NCBI RefSeq assembly: GCF_000025685.1
Contig: NC_013967.1
Location: 90,001 to 122,000, forward strand
Reading direction: 5' to 3'
DNA from: Haloferax volcanii DS2
GTDB lineage: Archaea; Halobacteriota; Halobacteria; Halobacteriales; Haloferacaceae
Length of the DNA stretch: 32,000 bases
Shown: positions 24,831 through 32,000 of the stretch, piece by piece
How positions within the stretch are numbered: the first letter of the stretch is position 1
Layout of the letters: each line of letters starts with the position of its first letter
The notes under the pieces: model-generated
Seen by the model: the letters and a program-made list of their open reading frames with translations, nothing else
Told to the model about the DNA's origin: nothing
The model's database searches: none
Program-made: the position numbers and the translations under genes

Positions 24831-25805
24831 TCAGGGATTCGGACTCGGAACGACCTGATTGCGGAGCGTTGGCGTTTCGCCGTCCGACGCCGACGCCAGT
24901 CGCCCGACGTTCTCGGCGAGGATGTCGGCGACCCGCGTCCAGTAGTGCGGCGTGTGGCCGGAGACGTGCGGAGTGATGTAGACGTTCTCGAAGCCCCAAA
25001 GCGGGTGGTCTTCGGGCAACGGCTCCGGGTCGGTCACGTCGAGCGCGGCGGCGCGGAGTCGGTTGCTTCGGAGGTGCGAGACGAGGGCGTCGGTGTCGAC
25101 GATACCGCCGCGGGCGACGTTGACGAGGATGGCGTGTTCGGGGAGCGCGCTCAGCGCCCGCCGGTCGATGAGATCGCGCGTCTCGTCGGTCAGCGGGCAC
25201 GCGACCACGAGGAAGTCGGTGCGGACGAGCGCCGACTCGAGGTCGTCGAACCCGAGTACCTCGTCGGTCGGACCGCCCTTTTCGGGCGTGTAGCGGACGC
25301 CGACGGTCTCGACACCGAACGCGTCGAGTCGCTCGACGACCGCCTGTCCGATGGCACCGAGGCCGACCACGGTGGCCGTCGACCCCTGCAACTCGCCGTA
25401 CGACTGGAAGCGCCGCCACTCGCGGCGTCGCTGGCGGCGGAGTCCTTCGTCGAGTCGGCGGGTAATCATGAGGAGCCAGCCGATGACGTGCTCGGCGATG
25501 TTGGGGCCGTGGACGCCGGAGGCGTTGGTGACGCGGACGCCGCGCTCGCGGAGCGTTTCCAGCGGGAGATGGTCGTAGCCGGCGGCCGCCCCGGCGAACA
25601 GTCGGAGTTCGTCGGCGGCGTCGAGCACCTCGTCGGGGAGCGACGTACTCGTGATGATGGTCGCGTCCGTCGCGGCGTCGAGCGTTTCGGCGGTCGTCTT
25701 CGGGTGGCGCACGGTCGCGTCGGGAAGGCGCTCGCGGAGGGCCGCGGCGTACTCCGACGCCGGGATGCCGTGCGTGGGGCGGTCGAGGACGAGAATCGTC
25801 GTCAT
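24831..25805 (-). CDS. D-isomer-specific 2-hydroxyacid dehydrogenase family protein
   Basis: C-terminal 324 aa of track ORF 24831..27155. The ATG at 25805 gives MTTILVLDRP. NAD motif VVGLGAIGQAV; NVARGGIVD; catalytic His in ITPHVSGHT. Confidence 0.9.
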   Translation of the reverse strand: MTTILVLDRPTHGIPASEYAAALRERLPDATVRHPKTTAETLDAATDATIITSTSLPDEVLDAADELRLFAGAAAGYDHLPLETLRERGVRVTNASGVHGPNIAEHVIGWLLMITRRLDEGLRRQRRREWRRFQSYGELQGSTATVVGLGAIGQAVVERLDAFGVETVGVRYTPEKGGPTDEVLGFDDLESALVRTDFLVVACPLTDETRDLIDRRALSALPEHAILVNVARGGIVDTDALVSHLRSNRLRAAALDVTDPEPLPEDHPLWGFENVYITPHVSGHTPHYWTRVADILAENVGRLASASDGETPTLRNQVVPSPNP

Positions 25806-25886
25806 CGAGTGCGCTGTCGGGGGCCGAGCCGATAGGTGTTGGCCCCGAACGCGACGGATAAAGCCTTTACCGGCGCGCCGGCGTAG

Positions 25887-27293
<1,407 letters not shown>

Positions 27294-27370
27294 ACGCGCG
27301 CGATTTCTTCGCCGCGGTTTCTGTGCCTGCCCGCGCGAGTTCCTCGCCTCGCTGCGCCGCGATACCGCCG

Positions 27371-27380
27371 ACTTTTAACG
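27371..27380 (+). promoter_or_regulatory. TATA-like box upstream of the MgtE-like gene pair
   Basis: ACTTTTAACG is centred about 27 nt upstream of the ATG at 27403. Confidence 0.45.
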
Positions 27381-27402
27381 CTCGGGTCCGTCGCACCCCA
27401 CA

Positions 27403-27984
27403 ATGACCGTGCGAGACGTGGCGGTCGAGGCCTACAAGGAAGCCTTGCCCGCGCTCGCGGCCAGCCTCGTCGGCGGCCTCGTCGCCGGCGTCGTCCTCGG
27501 GGGGATGCGGGCCGAACTCCGGGCCGTCCCGGGGCTGCTCGTCCTCGTTCCCGCGCTGTTGGCGACCCGCGGCAACGTCTACGGCTCGCTCGGCGCTCGC
27601 ATCGCCACCGCGCTCCACCAGGGGCTCATCGAACCCCGCGTCACCGGCGGCGACGAGCGCCTTCGGGCGGCCGCGACGGCCGCGCTCGCAAACGGCGTGC
27701 TCACGAGCACGTTCGCCGCCGTCGTCGCGTACTTCCTCCTCACGTTCCTCGGCAGCCGGGTCGCGCCGCTTCCGATTCTCGTCGGCGTCGCCATCGTCGC
27801 CGGCCTGCTCTCCGGTATCGTCCTGACCGTCGTCGTCGTCAGCGTCGTCTTCGCGGGCTACCGCCGCGGGCGCAACCCCGACACCATCGTCGGTCCGGTC
27901 GTGACGACTACCGGCGACGTGTTCGGCGTCCTCTTTTTACTCATCGCCGTCAGAACCGTCCTCGCCGTCGCGGGGGTGTTCTGA
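27403..27984 (+). CDS. MgtE-type divalent-cation transporter, membrane domain only (paralogue 1)
   Basis: 193 aa. Contains LVPALLATRGNVYGSLGARI, which matches the MgtE TM-domain signature (P-x-L-x-x-x-G-N-x-G-S). About 5 TM helices; no N-terminal or CBS domains. Confidence 0.8.
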   Translation: MTVRDVAVEAYKEALPALAASLVGGLVAGVVLGGMRAELRAVPGLLVLVPALLATRGNVYGSLGARIATALHQGLIEPRVTGGDERLRAAATAALANGVLTSTFAAVVAYFLLTFLGSRVAPLPILVGVAIVAGLLSGIVLTVVVVSVVFAGYRRGRNPDTIVGPVVTTTGDVFGVLFLLIAVRTVLAVAGVF

Positions 27985-28545
27985 GTGCCGACCGAGTGGA
28001 CCGTCCGCGCCATCACGCGGGCGATGCTCCCGGTGTTGCTCGTGCTCACGCTCGTCGAACTCGGGAGCGGCCTCGTTCTCGGGAGCTTCGAGGCGCAACT
28101 GTTCCGCTACCCGTCGCTGCTCGTGCTCGTCCCCGTCACCATCGGGACCGCGGGGAACCTCGGGAGCGTCCTCGCGGCGCGACTGTCCACGTCGTTCCAC
28201 CTCGGGACGCTCTCGTTTTCGCCCCGCGACGACGAACTCGCGGGCAACGCCGTCGCCACGCTCGCCCTCGCGGTGACGGTCTTCCCAGTCATCGGCGCGG
28301 GCGCGTGGGTCGCCACGCTCCTCGTCTCCGGCGACACGTCGCTGGCCCTCCAGAAGGTCGTCCTCGTCGCCTTATCGAGCGGGATCTCGCTGGCCGTCCT
28401 CGCGGTCGTCGTGACGTTTTCCGCGACGTACCTCGCCTATCGGTTCGGTCTCGACCCCGACGACGTGGTCATCCCCGTCGTCACCAACCTCTGCGACGTG
28501 CTGGGGGTCGTCGTCCTGTTCGGGGTGGCGCAGGTGCTCGTCTGA
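27985..28545 (+). CDS. MgtE-type divalent-cation transporter, membrane domain only (paralogue 2)
   Basis: 186 aa. The GTG start directly abuts the upstream TGA stop. Contains LVPVTIGTAGNLGSVLAARL, the same signature as paralogue 1. Confidence 0.8.
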   Translation: MPTEWTVRAITRAMLPVLLVLTLVELGSGLVLGSFEAQLFRYPSLLVLVPVTIGTAGNLGSVLAARLSTSFHLGTLSFSPRDDELAGNAVATLALAVTVFPVIGAGAWVATLLVSGDTSLALQKVVLVALSSGISLAVLAVVVTFSATYLAYRFGLDPDDVVIPVVTNLCDVLGVVVLFGVAQVLV

Positions 28546-28619
28546 CCCCGCTGCCCCCGACGTTCGAACGCCTCCCGCCGACCGACGCCGATTAGTTCGC
28601 TCGGCACCGACCGTCGGTC

Positions 28620-29639
28620 GTGCAGCCGTCGGCCGTCCTCCCGGTGCTGTTCGAGGTGCTTCCGCGAGTCGCGCGCATCGCCGCCTACATCGCCGTGGGC
28701 GTCTTCGCCGCGAACCTCGTCGTCGCCTTCGGCCTCGTCGAGCGCATCGCCGGTCTCTCGCGGTATCTGACGAGCCCCGCGAACCTCCCCGACGAGGTGG
28801 GGACGGCCATCGTCACCACCGCCGCCTCGACGACGGCGGGCTACGGGATGCTCGCGGAGTTCCGCGAGTCGGGCGTCCTCGACGACCGGGCGACGCTCGT
28901 CGCCGTCACCATCAACACGTTCTTCGGCTTCGTCCAGCACATCTTCACGTTCTACTGGCCGGTGCTCATCCCCATCCTCGGCCGCGAGGTCGGCTTCATG
29001 TACGTCGGCGCGCGGGCGGCCATCGCGCTCGCCATCACCGCGACCGGCGTCGTCGCCGGCGCGGTGCTCCTCGCGGACCGGAACACGACCCCGGTCGCGG
29101 TCACCGAGACCGACGGCTCGGGCGGCGCGGTGGATGCGGCCGATTCGGCCGCCGACGCGGGCGACTCCGGCGACGCGGCCGAAAGCGACGACTCGCTCCG
29201 CGAGACGGTCGACGACGCCGCCCGGAGCACCTGGAAGAAACTTCGGCGCATCGTCCCGCGGCTGGCGGTCGTTTACGTGGCCGTCACGCTCCTGCTTCGG
29301 ACGACCGACCTCGAATCGTTCGCGGCGCTCGCCAGCCCGCTGACGAACCTCGTCGGCCTGCCGGGCGCGGCCGTCCCCGTCGTCGTCGCCTTCGCGTTCG
29401 ACACGACGACCGGCGCGGCGACCATCGCGCCCGCCATCGGCGAGACGTTTACGCCGAGACAGGCCGTGGCGACGATGCTCATCGGCGGCATCATCTCCTT
29501 CGCCGTCTCGACGTTCAAGCGGTCGATTCCCTTCCAGTACGGCATCTGGGGCCCCGAGTTCGGGTCCAAGGTCATCGCCGTCAACACGGGGCTGAAAATC
29601 GTCTTCATCGCCGTCGCGGTGGCGCTGTTGGTCGCCTGA
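28620..29639 (+). CDS. polytopic membrane protein, nucleoside-recognition (Gate)-domain-like, with an acidic central linker
   Basis: 339-aa ORF with a GTG start; the exact start is uncertain. Two hydrophobic halves are separated by the linker TETDGSGGAVDAADSAADAGDSGDAAESDDS. The family assignment is from memory and is weak. Confidence 0.7.
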   Translation: MQPSAVLPVLFEVLPRVARIAAYIAVGVFAANLVVAFGLVERIAGLSRYLTSPANLPDEVGTAIVTTAASTTAGYGMLAEFRESGVLDDRATLVAVTINTFFGFVQHIFTFYWPVLIPILGREVGFMYVGARAAIALAITATGVVAGAVLLADRNTTPVAVTETDGSGGAVDAADSAADAGDSGDAAESDDSLRETVDDAARSTWKKLRRIVPRLAVVYVAVTLLLRTTDLESFAALASPLTNLVGLPGAAVPVVVAFAFDTTTGAATIAPAIGETFTPRQAVATMLIGGIISFAVSTFKRSIPFQYGIWGPEFGSKVIAVNTGLKIVFIAVAVALLVA

Positions 29640-29673
29640 GTCGCAAGAAGCGTCCCCGCCGCAGTCGGCCGAG

Positions 29674-30096
29674 TTAGCGGTCGTTCGGGTCGACCGGCCG
29701 CCCCTCTTCGGTCGGCGGCGCGATGTAGTCGATGACCTCGTCGACGGAGGGGTCGCGGACGGTCACGTGCACTTCGATGTCACCGAGTTCGTCGGGGTTA
29801 CCGACGGAGAAGTTGACGACGCCCTTGAACGCGGCCTGCTTTTTCAGCGCGAACGAGAAGCCGTCGTCGTCGCGGCGCTTTGCGAACTCGCGGCGGGCGG
29901 TGTCGAGGATGGCCTGCTCGTGGAGGCGTTCGGAGAAGCGCTCCAGCTCGTGGGCCTCGCCGACGAGCTGTCCGGGTTCGTGGTCGAGTTCGACGCCGGG
30001 GAAGATGTTCTCGACGGCGTCGCCGACGCGGTCGGTGACCTCGGTGTCGCGGACGGGCACCTCGATGCGGACGTCGACGCTGTAAATCATGCTCAC
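29674..30096 (-). CDS. UPF0201-family predicted RNA-binding protein
   Basis: 140 aa: MSMIYSVDVRIEVPVRDTEVTDRV... Its start overlaps the upstream UPF0200-type kinase gene by 4 nt, the usual archaeal pairing. Confidence 0.75.
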   Translation of the reverse strand: MSMIYSVDVRIEVPVRDTEVTDRVGDAVENIFPGVELDHEPGQLVGEAHELERFSERLHEQAILDTARREFAKRRDDDGFSFALKKQAAFKGVVNFSVGNPDELGDIEVHVTVRDPSVDEVIDYIAPPTEEGRPVDPNDR

Positions 30097-30662
30097 GCGT
30101 CGGCCTCCGCGAGCGCTTCCGGCCCCTCTTCGAACAGCTTCGTGATGGTTTCGCGGTACTCAGCCAGCGTGCCGGTGTTCTGGATGACCACGTCGGCGCG
30201 GTCCATCGCGTCGCCCATCCCGAAGTCGAGTTCGCGGCGTTCGCGCTTTTTGAGCGCCTCTACGTCGGTGTCGCTGTCGTCGCGGTCGCGGTCGAGCAGG
30301 CGCTCGGCGCGCGTCTCGAACGGCGCTTCGACGCTCACGAGGACGAAGTCGTCGCCGAACGCCTCGCGGAAACGGTCGAGTTCGACGCCCGACCGAAGCC
30401 CGTCGACGAGCACCACGTCGTTCGATTCGAGGTGCTGTTCGACCATCGGCAGCGAGCGCGCCGCGATGGCGTCGTCGCCCTCCTCCTCGCGGAGCGCGGT
30501 CGCTATCTTCCCGTGGTCCGTCGCGGGGTCGAGGCCGCGCTTGCGACACTCCTCGCGGATGACGTCGCCCATCGTCACGACGGGTACGCCCGCGTTGCGG
30601 GCCACCTCGGCGAGCTCGCCCTTGCCGCTTCCCGGCAGGCCGACCGTCCCGATGACTCTCAT
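30093..30662 (-). CDS. UPF0200-family P-loop nucleotide kinase-like protein (often annotated dephospho-CoA kinase-like)
   Basis: Track ORF 30093..30704. The ATG at 30662 gives MRVIGTVGLPGSGKGE (Walker A). A GCTTTAAC box lies about 28 nt upstream. Confidence 0.8.
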   Translation of the reverse strand: MRVIGTVGLPGSGKGELAEVARNAGVPVVTMGDVIREECRKRGLDPATDHGKIATALREEEGDDAIAARSLPMVEQHLESNDVVLVDGLRSGVELDRFREAFGDDFVLVSVEAPFETRAERLLDRDRDDSDTDVEALKKRERRELDFGMGDAMDRADVVIQNTGTLAEYRETITKLFEEGPEALAEADA

Positions 30663-30801
30663 AGCCGGTGTTACCGCGTTGGCGCTGTTAAAGCCTCCCT
30701 TCACGTCGCTCCGGGTGGCGGGTTTCGCCGGTTCCCTTCACCCCGCTCCACCTCACCTCGACCACCCCGCTGCTTTTCGCCTCGGCCCGCGTACTACGCC
30801 T

Positions 30802-31179
30802 ATGTCTCAGCGCTCGTTCGTCGTCCGCGCCCTCTGGTTCGTCTTCGTCGGCTGGTGGGCGACGCCCGCCGTCGTCAACGTCGCGTGGTTCCTGAACGCG
30901 ACCGTCATCGGCATCCCGCTCGGCGTCGCGCTCATCAACCTCGTGCCGACGGTGCTCTCGTTGAAGGAGCCGAAAACCCGGCTCGACCCCGACTCGGGCC
31001 GCGGCCAGCGGTCGGTCGTCGTCCGCGCCGTCTACTTCGTGTTCGTCGGCTGGTGGCTGAGCTGGGTCTGGGCGAACGTGGCGGTGCTGTTCACGCTCAC
31101 CATCGTCGGCCTCCCGGTCGGCATCTGGATGCTCAACCGGCTCCCCGCGGTCACGTCGCTGTATCGGTTCGACGGGTAG
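30802..31179 (+). CDS. YccF-domain inner membrane protein (two DUF307 repeats)
   Basis: This is the 3' end of track ORF 29767..31179. The ATG at 30802 gives MSQRSFVVRALWFVFVGWWATP...VVRAVYFVFVGWWLSWVW (an internal duplication). A CTTTTC box is centred 27 nt upstream. Confidence 0.8.
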   Translation: MSQRSFVVRALWFVFVGWWATPAVVNVAWFLNATVIGIPLGVALINLVPTVLSLKEPKTRLDPDSGRGQRSVVVRAVYFVFVGWWLSWVWANVAVLFTLTIVGLPVGIWMLNRLPAVTSLYRFDG

Positions 31180-31188
31180 AACCCGATT

Positions 31189-31200
31189 CGTTTTTCTTGC
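31189..31200 (+). promoter_or_regulatory. T-rich TATA-like box upstream of tRNA-Arg
   Basis: CGTTTTTCTTGC is centred about 29 nt upstream of tRNA position 1 (31223). Confidence 0.4.
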
Positions 31201-31222
31201 AGGGACGGTTTGTGGGCATCGA

Positions 31223-31296
31223 GGGCGCGTAGCTCAGTCGGACAGAGCGTCGGACTTCTAATCCGATGGTCGCGGGTTCGAATCCCGTCGCGCTCG
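31223..31296 (+). tRNA. tRNA-Arg (anticodon UCU)
   Basis: Manual cloverleaf: acceptor GGGCGCG/CGCGCTC (one G-U pair); D arm GCTC-AGTCGGACA-GAGC; anticodon arm TCGGA-CTTCTAA-TCCGA (anticodon TCT); variable loop TGGTC; T arm GCGGG-TTCGAAT-CCCGT; discriminator G. 74 nt, with no encoded CCA and no intron. Confidence 0.95.
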
Positions 31297-31371
31297 CTCG
31301 GCCGGAGGCCTCGCTCGCGCGACGGACATCGCAAACGCTTCGCGTTTGCTCAATCCCGTCGCGCTCTTTTC
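31274..31371 (+). repeat. 98-nt direct repeat, copy 1 (tRNA-Arg T-loop and 3' end plus structured trailer ending in a T-tract)
   Basis: Identical to 31455-31552 except T31288 versus C31469. Alignment done by eye with an offset of 181 nt. Confidence 0.95.
31367..31370 (+). terminator. oligo-T tract after the hairpin of repeat copy 1 (a second one lies at 31548-31551)
   Basis: TCTTTTC immediately follows the 9-bp plus 8-bp hairpin. Oligo-T is the archaeal termination signal. Confidence 0.4.
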
Positions 31372-31442
31372 GTTGCTGAAACCCCCGAGTGGTAGCGAGA
31401 CGTGTGGGAACGCCACGCGCGGGATTCGAATCAGGGAGCAAC
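31372..31442 (+). pseudogene. 71-nt tRNA-like relic (degenerate cloverleaf)
   Basis: A 6-bp acceptor-like stem pairs GTTGCT with AGCAAC. AGTGGTAG is D-loop-like. TTCGAAT falls exactly at tRNA positions 54-60. The T-stem and anticodon arm do not pair properly. Confidence 0.45.
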
Positions 31443-31454
31443 TTGTTGCGACTG

Positions 31455-31552
31455 GGGTTCGAATCCCGCCGCGCTCGCTCGGCCGGAGGCCTCGCTCGCG
31501 CGACGGACATCGCAAACGCTTCGCGTTTGCTCAATCCCGTCGCGCTCTTTTC
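31455..31552 (+). repeat. 98-nt direct repeat, copy 2
   Basis: 97/98 identical to 31274-31371. It lacks a matching 5' tRNA half. Confidence 0.95.
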
Positions 31553-31709
31553 CTTGCGGTAGACCGCCGAGCGACGGCATCGGCGGCCCCACCTACTCCT
31601 GTCCTGAGCGGGTTCTGTTCTCGACGACTATGGGGCTTGACCTCGGATACGTGTGACCTACAAGTTAGGATGACAACATTTTTCGGTCGAGCGGCGCGAA
31701 ACGCCCCGC

Positions 31710-31985
31710 ATGGACGTTCTCGGCATCGTCGCCGCGGCGGTCGTCTTCGGCGTCGCCGCCTACAATCTCGTGACGAGCCTCGACGGCCGATTCGCGAGAC
31801 TCCTGTTCGGGTGTCTGGGCGTCGTCGCCGCGACGCTCTACGTCATCGAACAGTTCGGACTCGCGGCGTCGCTCGGACTGAACGTCGCTCACGGCCTCCA
31901 ATTCGTCGCGGCCCTGCTCGTGGTCTCGGCGCTGGTCGATTTCCTCGCCCGGCGCGCCGAGGCGGGCGATTCCGGGTCGTCGTGA
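31710..31985 (+). CDS. small membrane protein (3 predicted TM helices), unknown function
   Basis: 91-aa ORF: MDVLGIVAAAVVFGVAAYNLV...LLFGCLGVVAATLYVI...LQFVAALLVVSALVDFL. An ACATTTTTC box lies about 30 nt upstream. Confidence 0.6.
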   Translation: MDVLGIVAAAVVFGVAAYNLVTSLDGRFARLLFGCLGVVAATLYVIEQFGLAASLGLNVAHGLQFVAALLVVSALVDFLARRAEAGDSGSS

Positions 31986-32000
31986 ACGCCGCGACTCCCC

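Noticed and set aside
31281-31351. Idea that tRNA-Arg carries a 71-nt T-loop intron, because the 15-mer AATCCCGTCGCGCTC recurs 71 nt downstream.
   Set aside because: The first copy already completes a canonical 74-nt cloverleaf. I could not build a bulge-helix-bulge splice motif at the hypothetical junctions, and both alternatives give the same mature body. It is kept only as an alternative to test with RNA-seq.
31032-31515. Minus-strand ORFs 31032..31334 and 31258..31515, which share the N-terminus MRCPSRERGLRPSER.
   Set aside because: They read through the tRNA-Arg gene and the two repeat copies. The shared peptide is simply the translated 98-nt repeat. They are not protein-coding.

Overview
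This 32-kb window is about 65% GC and looks like a haloarchaeal chromosome. The predicted proteome is acidic, and AT-rich boxes sit about 27 nt upstream of many start codons, as in leaderless-type promoters. The RadA sequence and gene order look Haloferax-like from memory; this is unverified. The window is densely packed with about 42 protein genes and 1 tRNA, nearly all core housekeeping. These include RadA recombinase, an XPD/Rad3-like helicase, NMD3, HtpX, SufS/SufU, the conserved archaeal operon rpl39e-rpl31e-eif6-rplX-pfdA-ftsY, SRP54, and a split MgtE-like transporter pair. Several conserved haloarchaeal proteins of unknown function are also present. I saw no CRISPR array, transposase, integrase or recognisable defence system, so I cannot point to a clear novel protein-encoded system. 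The least explained structure is at the 3' end. tRNA-Arg(UCU) is followed by a 98-nt segment that starts inside its T-arm and recurs 181 nt downstream at 97/98 identity. Each copy folds into a bipartite hairpin ending in a T-tract, and a 71-nt tRNA-like relic lies between the copies. Other items worth a second look: a 37-38% GC non-coding island next to an orphan UPF0175 antitoxin-like gene and a 28-codon leaderless micro-ORF; G-depleted C-rich tracts with a (TCCAC)5 microsatellite flanking radA; and operator-like palindromes and tandem repeats in divergent promoters. All family names come from motif recognition by eye. No database search or folding program was available.
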